Origin: Williopsis jadinii
Taxonomy: Eukaryota
DNA: 64,000 nt
Direction of reading: 5' to 3'
NCBI GenBank assembly: GCA_024346625.1
Contig: AP024664.1
Coordinates: forward strand, 3,162,001-3,226,000
In this document: piece by piece, positions 1-11,700 of the stretch
How the letters are laid out: the number at the start of each line of letters is the position of its first letter
How positions within the stretch are numbered: position 1 is the first letter of the stretch
Notes under the pieces: model-generated
Told to the model about the DNA's origin: nothing
What the model saw: the letters and a program-made list of their open reading frames with translations, nothing else
Database searches by the model: none
Made by a program: the position numbers and the translations under genes

Positions 1-374
1 CAAATTTCGCACATACAAAGTGCTTCAAAAGCGGTACAGCTGTACGGAAAGAGGTCAGGAAAACGCTTCACGCTACCAAAATGCTTCACACGGGCTACAA
101 AGGGCTACAAAGAGCTCCCTGGGACTCCCAGGGAGTCCCAGTGCCCCCCGAGAGAACTACAAAACATGACCCGTTGTTAAATAAATACCCCAAATGACCA
201 AGATCTTATACGTTATATTGAAGCATATACATCTCAACATATACATACAACGCCATTTGGAAAAACCCGTCTGTGGAAAAGAAGAGAAACTATTCTTTAT
301 ATGTCTGTGTGCTCGTGTGGTGTTCTTTTTGTTTCGTTCATGGCAATATGAATATCTTTGGCTGCTCCGCTAAT

Positions 375-548
375 TTATTCCTCAGCGTTGTTTGCAAGGG
401 AAGCGTAGTAGGCCTCTCTCTTTGCAACTTTGGTCTTGTGGAATCCCCACCACCAGTAGGAGGCAAATCCGAATCCAAGGGTCAAACCAATGGAGATATC
501 AACAGCAATCTTCTTCTTAAGGGTACCAGTGATTGGAGCAATTGGCAT
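375..548 (-). CDS. COX9: Cytochrome c oxidase subunit VIIa (Cox9), 57 aa; not in ORF track
   Basis: Manual translation MPIAPITGTLKKKIAVDISIGLTLGFGFASYWWWGFHKTKVAKREAYYASLANNAEE; the IAPITGT and ASYWWWGFH motifs match yeast Cox9. Confidence 0.95.
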   Translation of the reverse strand: MPIAPITGTLKKKIAVDISIGLTLGFGFASYWWWGFHKTKVAKREAYYASLANNAEE

Positions 549-650
549 TGTTAAAATACGTTGTTTTGTTAACGGTCTCGTTGCAGTTCAGCAGTAAACG
601 GTAGTGGGTCAAGTTTTTTTTTTAACTTGTCCCCCCAAAGCAGCACAGAG

Positions 651-757
651 CCAATAATTAGGCAGAGAAAAAAAAACTGGCGCCATAAAAATCCACAGCG
701 CACAGAGAGCGAGGGAGCGAAAAAAAAACACACAACAACAATGCGCCGTGGACCAAT
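651..757. promoter_or_regulatory. CCAAT boxes (Hap2/3/5-type) in the bidirectional COX9-COX8 promoter
   Basis: CCAAT at 651-655 and 753-757, with poly(dA/dT) tracts, between two divergent respiratory genes. Confidence 0.55.
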
Positions 758-940
758 GAGAGTCGGCGCGAATGGTCAGTAGGGTAATGGGCGTTGTGTA
801 GTGCGACATCCCCGATGGGGCAATCTTCCACAGAATCACACTACACGCCGCTGGTGAAGTTTTTAACAGGCCCAACTCTTCCTGTTCTCTTCAACTTCTC
901 TTGAGGACGCTTCTGCTCAGTAGAAACAACCATATTGAAA

Positions 941-1159
941 ATGTTCGCCAGACAACTCGTTCAGACCTCCAAGAGAGCTTTCTCATCCTCCTCCAAATCT
1001 GCTGTTCACTTCAAGGAGGGTGTCTATGAGAACATCCCATTCAAGGTGCACAACAGAAAGATCCCATACGCCGTGATCCACTTTGGCTTCTTTGGTATTG
1101 CCGCTGCTGTTCCATTCATTGCTTCCTTTGTCCAATTGAAGAGATCTGGTGCTTTCTAA
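941..1159 (+). CDS. COX8: Cytochrome c oxidase subunit VIII (Cox8), 72 aa with mitochondrial presequence
   Basis: ATG at 941; VHFKEGVYENIPFKV and VQLKRSGAF closely match yeast Cox8. Confidence 0.95.
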   Translation: MFARQLVQTSKRAFSSSSKSAVHFKEGVYENIPFKVHNRKIPYAVIHFGFFGIAAAVPFIASFVQLKRSGAF

Positions 1160-1366
1160 TTGCCGAGGAAGTAACACTTATATTCTATATTACATTACAT
1201 GACAGTTCTTTTTGACTTTGTTGTAGGGTTGTCGTTGTAGAGCAGCGGAGCGCATTGTTCTGCGGGCTATGGGCTTACACAGTGGAGTCAAGTATTGACG
1301 TAGAATAAATAAGAAGAGAATAAATAGGGCGAGCTCAGAGCTGTGTTAAATAAGCCAGGAGTAGAA

Positions 1367-1779
1367 TCATTTCAACCCGCTGGCAGCGGCCTTGTTCCAT
1401 CTGTCTATGACTTGTTCTGGATATTCCTCCTTTGGGTTATGTTCAATACCACGACACAGCTGGAAAACAACAAGGGAGAAGAGCGCAGCGCTGCTGCCAA
1501 TGAGAAGCACATTCGACTTGTAGTTCTTTGGAGTGAACCACCAACCACCTTGAGAAACAAACGTGTTAGTATGTACCGAATACAGATATACCGCTAAATC
1601 GACGAACCTGTTGGTGCCCAGACGTGCTGTTTACAATCTTTGTTAGTATGGAAGGGGGATACAGCTGGCGTAGTACAGAAGAAAAACATACCTTTGGGGA
1701 AGGGAAGTGTCCACCACTCTGATTAGGTGTTAGTAGCTTGGTTCCATATGCTGATTTCCTCGGTCTGTCAACTAACCAT
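1367..1779 (-). CDS. Complex I accessory subunit NUUM-like, 76 aa, 4 exons (1779-1777, 1718-1692, 1626-1608, 1548-1367)
   Basis: Three introns of 58, 65 and 59 nt, each with TACTAAC; donors GTTAGT, GTATGT, GTTCGT. Spliced product MSGGHFPSPKHVWAPTGGWWFTPKNYKSNVLLIGSSAALFSLVVFQLCRGIEHNPKEEYPEQVIDRWNKAAASGLK resembles the fungal GG-YPYPKxVWSPxGGWW family (Yarrowia NUUM, from memory). Confidence 0.82.
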
Positions 1780-2090
1780 CGTTGTCTATTTGTTAATTGG
1801 TGTTGAACGTTGTGTGCGGTCGGTTGAAGTTTACTTACCAGCTTCCATTTTTTCCCTTCCTCTTTCTCCTTTTCTTGAACGGACCGAGGGGTTGAGCCTA
1901 GTGGGAAAGCGCAGCGGGCTCGGGCCTGCGTCCACTGGGCTGGCCTTAGTGTGCGCGCTCCGCCCAGCGTATGGGGTTTCTCTCTCTTTCTCTCTCTCGG
2001 ATCGTTTCCTCACTGGAAAGGTATAAACATTAAACGCAGCGGTTCACACAACCACCACGGCGGTTGATGCTATAAGCACGGTAGACAGCT

Positions 2091-4796
2091 ATGGGAAACA
2101 TAAAGGGATTGCAACAGTTTATTTCTGACTTACGATCAAAGTCTTCGAAGGAGGACCAACGGAAAAGGATCAACCTGGAAATTGTAAACATTCAAAAACA
2201 GTTCAACAGCTCCAATGGGATATCCGGATACCAGAGAAAGAAGTACATTCTCAAGCTGATCTACATTTATCTGACCTCCAGTTGCAACAGCTCGCTGTTT
2301 GACGTGAGCTCGACGGCGCAGTCACAGGTTGAGAAGCTTCTGAGCTCGAAGGTGTACTCTGAGAAGTCCATCGGCTACCTCACCATCTCTCTGTTGAATC
2401 TGCAGCAGGACAAGGATACAATTGCTAGATGTGTGCAGCAGGACCTACAGAGCCATGACCAGGAGTCGAACGTGCTAGCATTGAGCTACATTGGAAATTG
2501 TACAGATGAGTCCCATCTCCCGCTGGTTGAGGACGTTTTCCAAATCCTCAGATCGGCAACTTCACCACCATTGTTGAAGAAGAAATCTGCGCTGACAATG
2601 TTCAAACTGTGCCAGTTGGACCCAACAATCCTGTCCAATCACAAGCCTTGGATCCCAAGGATTTTAGCACTGGCAGATGAGCCTGATTTGGGGTTGTCTC
2701 TTGCATTATTGCCTTTGATAGATACAATAACGCATTACGACTTGGAGCAGGTTCAACAGCTGATCCCAACATTTGCAACAAAGTTGAACTTACTCGTGTG
2801 CGAATCGCATAAAGTTTCAAAGAGATATATCTTTAACGGAATCGCTTCACCTTGGCTGATCGTCAAACTGACAAAGTTGTTGAACAAGATCTTGCCCAAT
2901 TATAACATTGACGTCCATTCTTTAAGAATCTTGAGAGAATGCGTCTCGACGACAATTCATCAATTAGGCGCGTTTAGCTCAACGCATCGTGATGCACAGG
3001 AGAGAATTACTGCTAATTGTGTATTGTTTGCCATCATCGCATTGGCAATTCAACTGGACCCTTCAAAGGAAGCTGTTAAGTCATCGTTTGATACTATTAT
3101 AACGTTGTTGGATTCACGAGATTTGAATACTAGATACTTGGCTTTGAATTCTTTGATTTCACTATCGTCATTGAATAACTTACAATCCTCACAGAAATAC
3201 TTACCAAAATTGTTTGAGATATTACAATCCCATCAGGATATCTCAATCCGTAAGAAGACATTGGAATTGATCTATACATTAACAGATTCTGCAAACTTGG
3301 AATTTGTCACAGTTCAACTCTTCAAAGTTTCAAACTCTTTGGACACTGTGTTGAAACAAGAAGCTGCAAACAAGATATCAATCCTTGCCGAGAGATTTGC
3401 TACCGATTCTAAATGGTTTATCAACACCATGTTTAGACTGCTATCAACAAATGGGGTGAATTTTAATGAATCTATATGGCAAAGAACTGTACAGATCATT
3501 ATCAACAACGAAGAGTTGCACGTTTATGCAACGAATGTCATTGTCAAGGAGTACATTGGCAACAAATCCCAAGCGTTTTCAGAGACACTGATAAAAATTG
3601 CATGTATCATATTAGCAGAATATGGCTGTAAGATAACAGCCACAATTTCACAGGATTACCAATTTGATCTGTTGGCCAAGTTATATTTTTACGTTTCCAA
3701 CCATACAAGGGGTATGTTGTTGTTATCCTTACTCAAACTTTACAAGATTGATATTGCTAATAAGCGGATAAAATCCAAGTTAATCAAGGTGTTAAGTATG
3801 GAGGTCAATTCGATAAACTCAGAACTGCAACAACGTGCTTTTGAATTTTTGAATTTGATCCAACAATTAGGCAACCCACAAGGACAACTATTATTTGACA
3901 TGCTGTTCGACGAAATGCCAGCTTTCACTACAGGCGAAAACCCATTATTGCAAAGATTTGGTGCCCCGGGTCAATTGCCAAAATCAAGGAACCTCACTCA
4001 ACAGACACTGCTGCCACATCAGCAACAACAACAACCAGAGCAGAAGAAAGAAATACCACTGACTCCAAATTGGCAACAGGGTTATTATAGGCTATTTGAG
4101 TACCAACAAGGTGTTTTCTTCGAGAACTCACTTGTAAAGATCATACTGAGGATCAAACCTCAAGGTCAAGATAGATCTACATGCCTATATCACTTCTCTA
4201 TTTTGAACAAGTCATCACAGACGTCTTTAAACTCATTCTTGATGAGCATTGTGGACTATCAAACTGTTGACCCACCGTTAGTCGTGAACATTGTTGAGAT
4301 ACCGAACAGTGTTATTAAAATTGGAGATAGAGGCTCATGCACCATCCAAGTCTCATTGCGTTCACCATTCCTAAGCTCCAAACAGATTCCCACCTTGAAG
4401 ATCCAATTTAGTTCTGGTGGAGGATTTAACGGATTACGTTTGAAGTTACCAATCTTTTTAACAAAGTTTATCCATCCAAGTGAATTGGCATTGCCTGTTT
4501 GGTTGAAGCATTGGAAAACAATGGATGTTGTCGATGAAGCTTCAACAATTATAGACATGAAGAACGTTGAAAGGGATTGGATTGAAAGATTCTTAAACAA
4601 GATTGGATTTGCACTTGTGGATCAAGGAAGTTTCATATTCTCGAGTGGTATCTTGAATACAACACAGGAGAAATTTGGAACTCTTGTCAAGGTGAAGCTC
4701 ATGGAGGACTGTTTTGAGCTTAACGTTAGAGTAACGAAACAAGGATTGGCACCATTGGTGAGTGATTACATAGTTGATTTTTTGAAGAACGTATAG
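2091..4796 (+). CDS. APL3: AP-2 complex alpha-adaptin
   Basis: N-terminal GLQQFISDLR, GYQRKKY and YSEKSIGY; NSELQQRAFE; C-terminal alpha-ear domain (GVFFENSLVKI); adjacent to the YBL036C-like gene as in S. cerevisiae. Confidence 0.93.
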   Translation: MGNIKGLQQFISDLRSKSSKEDQRKRINLEIVNIQKQFNSSNGISGYQRKKYILKLIYIYLTSSCNSSLFDVSSTAQSQVEKLLSSKVYSEKSIGYLTISLLNLQQDKDTIARCVQQDLQSHDQESNVLALSYIGNCTDESHLPLVEDVFQILRSATSPPLLKKKSALTMFKLCQLDPTILSNHKPWIPRILALADEPDLGLSLALLPLIDTITHYDLEQVQQLIPTFATKLNLLVCESHKVSKRYIFNGIASPWLIVKLTKLLNKILPNYNIDVHSLRILRECVSTTIHQLGAFSSTHRDAQERITANCVLFAIIALAIQLDPSKEAVKSSFDTIITLLDSRDLNTRYLALNSLISLSSLNNLQSSQKYLPKLFEILQSHQDISIRKKTLELIYTLTDSANLEFVTVQLFKVSNSLDTVLKQEAANKISILAERFATDSKWFINTMFRLLSTNGVNFNESIWQRTVQIIINNEELHVYATNVIVKEYIGNKSQAFSETLIKIACIILAEYGCKITATISQDYQFDLLAKLYFYVSNHTRGMLLLSLLKLYKIDIANKRIKSKLIKVLSMEVNSINSELQQRAFEFLNLIQQLGNPQGQLLFDMLFDEMPAFTTGENPLLQRFGAPGQLPKSRNLTQQTLLPHQQQQQPEQKKEIPLTPNWQQGYYRLFEYQQGVFFENSLVKIILRIKPQGQDRSTCLYHFSILNKSSQTSLNSFLMSIVDYQTVDPPLVVNIVEIPNSVIKIGDRGSCTIQVSLRSPFLSSKQIPTLKIQFSSGGGFNGLRLKLPIFLTKFIHPSELALPVWLKHWKTMDVVDEASTIIDMKNVERDWIERFLNKIGFALVDQGSFIFSSGILNTTQEKFGTLVKVKLMEDCFELNVRVTKQGLAPLVSDYIVDFLKNV

Positions 4797-4866
4797 ACAC
4801 GTATTGAAGAGATTATGTTATATTATATATTTATATGAATGTATCACATCATGCCATATGTGTAGT

Positions 4867-5586
4867 TTATACCTTTGGTGGTCTCTCACCAAAGATTGCA
4901 GTTCCAACCCTAACGTATGAGGTTCCCTGCTTAATTGCTTGGACGTAATCAGAAGACATTCCCATAGATAACTTCAAATCAACACCATATTTAGAGTCCA
5001 ATTTCTCTTTCAATTGTTCCAATGCTGTGAAGTCGGGATTGTCTCCCTCTGAGTGTGATCGTGTAAATGAACCAATTGTCATGAGTCCCAAAAGGTTGAT
5101 CTTTTCGGCATCCTTAGCGTACTCAACGATTTGCTCAATTTCATCATCATCAGGGGATAATCCGGACTTTTGATCTTCGCCAGATGTGTTAATCTGTAAG
5201 AAGATGTTAACCACAGCACCTTCTCTTGTGTCGTTGATCTTCTTAGCCTTCTTTAAGGAATCAACGGTCTGCACTGCAAACAAGTTCTCAACGTTCTTGG
5301 TGAGGTCTTTACACTTATTTGTCTGCAATCCACCAATGAAATGCCACTTGATATCCTTTGGCAGTTCTTGAGCTTTTGCAATAAGCTCTTGACCATAGTT
5401 CTCACCAAAATGGCGCACTCCATGGTCATACAGAGCCTTGATATCGCTCGCTGGTTTCAATTTTGACACTGCGATGAGGTCTACATGGTGTGAAACTTCA
5501 GACGCAGCTTTGTTAACCGTGGAAAGAACCGTTTCGTAGTTCTTAATGAGTTCAGATTGTCTCTCTTTAGTATACTGCAACGACAT
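4867..5586 (-). CDS. Pyridoxal phosphate homeostasis protein (PLPBP/YggS, YBL036C-like)
   Basis: LIAVSKLKP, HFGENY, WHFIGGLQTNK, LSMGMSSD and VRVGTAIFG motifs; start probably the ATG at 5586, alternative 5610. Confidence 0.95.
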   Translation of the reverse strand: MSLQYTKERQSELIKNYETVLSTVNKAASEVSHHVDLIAVSKLKPASDIKALYDHGVRHFGENYGQELIAKAQELPKDIKWHFIGGLQTNKCKDLTKNVENLFAVQTVDSLKKAKKINDTREGAVVNIFLQINTSGEDQKSGLSPDDDEIEQIVEYAKDAEKINLLGLMTIGSFTRSHSEGDNPDFTALEQLKEKLDSKYGVDLKLSMGMSSDYVQAIKQGTSYVRVGTAIFGERPPKV

Positions 5587-6739
5587 CTTTATCAACTTCC
5601 ACTTATTCATCTAATAGACAAAGAGGAACTAATATTGAAATAGTCACCAGATTATATAGGCCCAAATGACCGTTCAAATAATTGTTCGAATGACCGTTCA
5701 CGGAACTTTTCACCCTGCGGCTCAGCACAGGAGAAAAATTGCAAAGATACGGGAAACGAGGTCCGTTGGGGGAACCTCAACATGAGCACTTTCCACCAAA
5801 GCCACAACGGTCTTTCAATGATATACGCTGTAGTGAACGTGGTGGAGTATATGGATGGTGGATTGGCATTATTTCAAGGTGTTGATTACCCAACGTGTAC
5901 GCTGCCTTCCTATTATTGGCACTGTCATACCACTTTATTCAGCTTGGTTTGAAGTTGATCTTGCGTGACATTCTTTATATACTTTCTGTATAACGACAGT
6001 AAGAGCAGATGACCTGACTACCTTTGAGTTGGAATCTCCCATATGGGCCTAGAAATTAGATGAAGATCGCTTCTTAGACCCGTCTCTGGTTACCAGGACC
6101 CATCTATTTAGTAAAATTTCAGATGCGTAACTACAAATCACCAGATATGGTATGCTTAGATAACTCTGGTGGGTTGCTACCTTCAAAAACCTTCAGGTAC
6201 GTCACCATGAGATTCAATGTTTGTGAGCCCTGTATTGTGCTCTGTATTTTGTCCTCAAGTCATGCTGCTTTGGCTCATACGCTTGATGAACAATGGGCAT
6301 CACTACAGTACTGCAATATCAAAACAATAAGCTGAATGTCTCTAACAGGAGGGTATGATATTCATCAGTCAATAGATTTTCTACTCCTCAGCTGTTCTAT
6401 GAGCTTGGTTTCAGAATTTATGTTGGGAGAGTCTTAAACATACTCTTTGCCTTCATTATATCAACAGTTGTGGTCATAATTCAGTCCATCAAGAATTTTG
6501 TGACTCTGAAGTCCATCAACTTTGGAGATACAACTTGTATCCACGTCAAGCCGGGTTAAGTAAAGGACCAAGATGCGATACGACTACGAATATACAACAA
6601 TGCCAAGGTAGTCACACCTCAAGTTCTTTAGACAACGCCCATTGTTTCTACTGTTATACTCCTTCGACACTCAGGAATCCATTAATCAATATCAGTGCCA
6701 ATGAAACCATCTTATGACATACGTCTTAAATGACGATGG

Positions 6740-7457
6740 GACTGTTCTATTTCAGTTTACGCCAGAATCAAGGACCAAATATTTCATGTGCAATTGGGAA
6801 ACCTCTTTTCGCAAGAATATCAGCACAATCAGCACATACAGTACTTTCATCTCCAGTGTCCAATTCAAACTACTGTGGTTAAAACTTGTACTTGTATAAG
6901 ACCCATGGATCCCAGCTGCAGAAATGTCTATCTTTGTAATTGATATATACTTCTCTGAGTTCATATCCTGCCAATATTTTAGCAAAATTAGCAGTGGTCT
7001 AAGAATGTGCATAAGAGACCATGATGTTAGCTGCCTTTTTAGAATTAGAGACTACTGCTCATTTGGGTATGATGTCTAACCTTGCACTTGCGTAATTTTC
7101 AATATCTTTCAGACTACTAATCAATGCCTCACTTATCGCTGAGACATGGGCTATAGACGAATCCAATATTTCGAGAGTAGTAGGTCGAACTATGTCTCTT
7201 GGATTGTCCAGACTGTTGTAGACATCATAACCGGAGTGGTTACCAGAATGAGCGAAGAAATCACTAGTATAGATGGATTGGACAGGCTGCGTTCTGTCAA
7301 CAGCCAACGATTTTCAATTATCGTGATTCATGTATAGAAAATTGTCCAGTGCTTCCTCTTTTTCTTATTCACCATCTTCATAAAAGTGACCATCAGAGAT
7401 GCAATCATTTCCCTGTTGATAAGTTGGGAACTCCTTAAAAGTGACACCATTTACCAT
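6740..7457 (-). pseudogene. Possible decayed ORF of unknown origin
   Basis: One minus-strand frame from ATG 7457, below a TATAAA near 7550, reads as protein-like sequence for about 240 codons with 8 stops by hand count; it includes track ORF 7059-7307. Confidence 0.3.
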
Positions 7458-8742
7458 TGCTCTCAGTCTTTGGCAGTGCGTTCAAGAGTTAGCGGCCCAA
7501 CCACGGCCATGTCGATAATATATGCTGTGTTAACCGACCTTCCAGGGCTTTATAAAAGTCCCCAGATATGACTCTAACGAGTCAGGCCCATCGCAACAGG
7601 GAGACACCGAGTCAAAATCGCTATATACCTGTGAATGTTAACAGTTTTGTAAGACCTTTGACCGGCGATTGAGCTAAAAATCTGGATGCCTCGATATACT
7701 GCATAAGCTTCCCACAGAAACCACAACTGTATCCGCAGACTTGCTCTCTACATTAGGGCCAAACTTCATAGATACCAGGTTTTTAACTGTTAATAACAGC
7801 GTAGCACAAAGGTTACGTTATTCTCCCATAAAGTACTTCCTTTCTTTCCTCTCCAGTCAGAACCCTTAAAAGCACACACTATTGTTCATCATATACCTTG
7901 TGCTCTTCCGTGTTTAGCTTATGGTTCCCCAAAGTGATGATATCAGAGTGTATTACACAATCAACAGCTAAACAGTTATTGATACAGTTCCCTTCCACTT
8001 TGAGTACTGGATGAACGTGACTATCAATATGAAATAATGACAATAAGATAATTCTTAATCAATATTGTGTGACAATACAAGACAAAATGCTGGTTGATAA
8101 GACCTTCGAAAAAGAGGAAATACAGTGGTTCAAAGAGCCCCTTCTAAACCATAGAGAACACCCGAATCTTGACAATTCATCACTCAAGTTGCTTCAGTGA
8201 AAGGAAAAGGAGGGGTACCCATTGATAAGTGTTATGTTAGCTTGCTATTCGTTCAACTCAGCAGTAAATCCATAACTGTAATTCAAAGGTCGAATATCAC
8301 AACCTCAGGCCCTTACACCGGTGTTTGTTCGGTGATTGACAACGTGCAGCGGCTTACCAAAGTTTTCAGCCACACACCACCACACCCGGACATTTTGCTA
8401 GGTTTGTAACACCGGCAAAAAAAACTCAAATTCCGAGAATTGCGCAACACATTCACGTAAAATTCTGAAATTGGAGAAGGGGCAACACTTCCCCCGTAGA
8501 ATTTCGCAAGAAACCACACAAGCAGCAAAACAAAAAACACAACAACAAACCTTGCACGGGACCTCACGGAAAAGGCCACAAAAAACACAACTTATAGGCA
8601 GAAGATAAACAAAAACAATCCTCTTACTGCTTGAAACACACGAAGGAAAGTTGCAATTATCAGCGAGTGTTTATTGCTTACAGGTTTATTTGCTTTTGAT
8701 ATAGTGTTTGAAACAGGGTACTTTATAGCGGGTGGAACACAG

Positions 8743-11700
8743 ATGACTGCTATTACCGAGCTGAACCCTGATGTTGTGATCCACGTCAGGTTCCCACAAC
8801 AAGATGGATCCGCAACACCGGAGGCTGAGAAGAATTTGTCTAAGTTGCTCTCTCAGTTGGATAAGTTCGGATTCCATGCTCAGATCCGTCCGGACGATTT
8901 TGAACAGCTGTTGGTGTTTGTCAAGCTGAGCAATGACAAGTTGAGTCAGTTGCTCAAGGATCAAAGCGTCAAGGAGTACCTCTATGGACTCAGAAACGAG
9001 TTTGGCGACAACGATTCCAACTTGTCTTCCAATGATAGAATACCACTGGTTTATGGTGCCTTGGTCAACCCCCTGGACGAGGGTGGTGCTGGTATCACCG
9101 TTAACAGCGGGGATTGGGCCTTTGTCACCAAGATTGCCCCGATATGGGACGTTAAGGAGAGCGAGTCGTTGTTGAAATCTGTCTTGAAGTTTTCATTCAC
9201 TGAAAGAGATGTTGAGAGGATAAGAGAGGTTGCCGGCTCAAGAGTGGCGTTGTACTTTGAGTTCTTGAGAAATTATTACAATTGGCTTGTGATTGCGTCC
9301 GTCGGGGGTGTCATATCGAGTTTATTGTTTAAGAGATTCTCCATCATCTTTACCTTTTTGAATGCACTATGGGGCATTGTCTTCCTCTCCAGTTGGAAGA
9401 AAAGAGAAGACGTCCTTCGTATCCAATGGGGGTTGCAAGGGGTCGATAAGATTCAAGTGAGAAGACAAGAATATGTCGGCGTTACAAATGAACTCGATTC
9501 TGCGTATTCCCCAAACGCTGGAAGAACTCTGAAGAAGTTGGCATTCATACCAGTTGCAATTGTTGCTGCAATTATCCTGTTGTCCTACCAAATCGCATGT
9601 TTTTTCATCGAGATCTTCTTAACGGAGATTTACCAAGGCCCTGGTAAATTAGTCCTTGGTCTTGTCCCAACAGCCTTGATTGTTGGAGGTGTTCCAATCT
9701 TCACAGCAATTTATGAGATATTTATCAACAAGGCATTGACGTGGGAAAACCATGAGTTCCAATCAACTTTCGAAAAGTCCCAATTAGAGAAACTATACGT
9801 TTACAACTTTTTGTCAAGTTATGTTCCATTGTTCATCACCGCATTCTTCTACTTACCATTTGGTCATATTGTGAATTCTTACTTGCAGAGCATTGGTTAT
9901 TACACCTCTTACTGGAGAATTCCGATTGTCAACGAACGTTACCAAATCAATACACAGAGATTGATCACGCAGTTCAGTTACTTCACCCTCACTGCCCAAG
10001 TTGTCTCACTTTTGACTGAAAATGTTGTTCCAATTGCCCTCAAATTGGTTAAACAACGCATCAATGCAAATAAAAAGTTTGCCAATCTCTTGGATGCTCC
10101 TGAGGAGAAGAAGTATTTAGACAACGTACGTGAACAGTTGGACAGACCTTCATTTGATGTCAATAGCGAATACAGGGAATTGGCTACACAGTTTGGTTAT
10201 ATTGTTCTTTTCGGACCAGTCTGGTCTCTGTCACCATTGGCTTCCTTGTTCTTCAATTGGATTGAAATAAGAGGAGATGTTGAAAAGTTGCTCTTTGAGT
10301 CCAGCAGACCAATTCCTCAAAGAGTTGAATCGATTAGACCTTGGAATACACACCTGAGAATCTTGACATTGATTGGTTCAGTTGTTGGTCCTTTAGTGAC
10401 AACAATGTATCGTAATGAGGATAACGTTTTGCAAAGCTCTGACTACTCCTACACCAAATCAGTGGTTTCTACATCAGGTTGGAAGTTGTTTGCAATTTGT
10501 CTCATTTGTGAAAACCTTTTCCTTGGTCTCAGCTTTGCGGTTGATGCTATTCTCGGAAGCCGTGATGACCGTGTCGAGAGAGAACACAATGAAAGCAATG
10601 TTCATCTCCGTCGTTCGTATGTCGAGGCGTATGTCAAATCTGATCTTTCTAAGAATACCACTGCACTTTCACACAGAGATGACTGGGAAGAGTTTCACAA
10701 TGAAAAGGTGTTGAAGCAAGCTCTGGAATTACCATCACTATTGGCCGGTGCCAATAAGCTGAAAGTTAAAGAGAAGGGACTTGAATCAGAGAACCATACA
10801 AATATTGGGGAGAAGTCATCTGGCTTCCAGCAACATGAAAAATCTGACCTCCGTTCCACGGTAGCCTCGAAGTCCATTCCAAAAACTGAAGTTCCTGTTA
10901 TTTTAATAGCAGAGCAGACTACCCCTGTAACAACTGCTAACGGGACTTCCCAACCATCACAAGTTGCTGTTCCAATATCCACTAAACTCAATTCCAGTGG
11001 TAATTCCAACAGTACCATTCCTGCTGTGACGAATGCTACCATTTCTCCATCAAAAGAAAACGAAGAAACTGCCAATTCCAACAATACTGATGACTCTCCA
11101 ACAAAAAGATCCTCAATATCTTCATTTTCATCAAGCTTAGCCGGTGCAACCCTGCCACCTGACTTTGAAAAGAGGTTGTCAAACTCGAGATTGAATGTCA
11201 TCTCACCAGCTCAAAGGGAAAGAACACCAGATCTTAGAAAAGTTGATACTCCTGCCAGCAAAGATTCTGCATCTTCTTCCACAGGGTCCAAACAGAGAGA
11301 ATCGAGGGAGAACCAGTCCACCACTGTTCCATTGGAGACACCTCTTTCTCAGGCAGCAGCAACCTTGAATGATACCATTGAAGCAACATCTGCAAATGTT
11401 GCTAGTTCTGCCAAATCGTCTAATACCGAAGTGGCTCACAAGGCAAATAATGCAGTTCAAACTTTTTCTGAAAAGGCTCAAGCCGTTGTGGCAGCCTCCT
11501 CTGCCACGGTTAAGCAGGAAATTGCAAAAGCAACAACAAATGTACCATCAGTTGCTGAGCCACAGCATACAGTGGAGCCAGTTACTCAAAATGCTGAAAA
11601 CCACAAGACTTTGTCGCCACCAAAGGCTGATTTTGAGGATCATGGATCTCTAACCAGTCGTTCCTCTTCCGTCAGAAAGAAAGGGCTGCTTTCAAAGGTT

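Noticed and set aside
273..554. 93-aa plus-strand ORF
   Set aside because: Antisense to the real COX9 gene and starts at a non-ATG codon.
1343..2026. Plus-strand ORFs of 84 and 99 aa
   Set aside because: Non-ATG starts; they overlap the spliced NUUM-like gene and its promoter.
8674..8742. N-terminal extensions given by the ORF track (also for ALG12, ZNG1, XBP1, the permease and the cyclophilin)
   Set aside because: They start at TTG or GTG; the eukaryotic ATG starts lie downstream.
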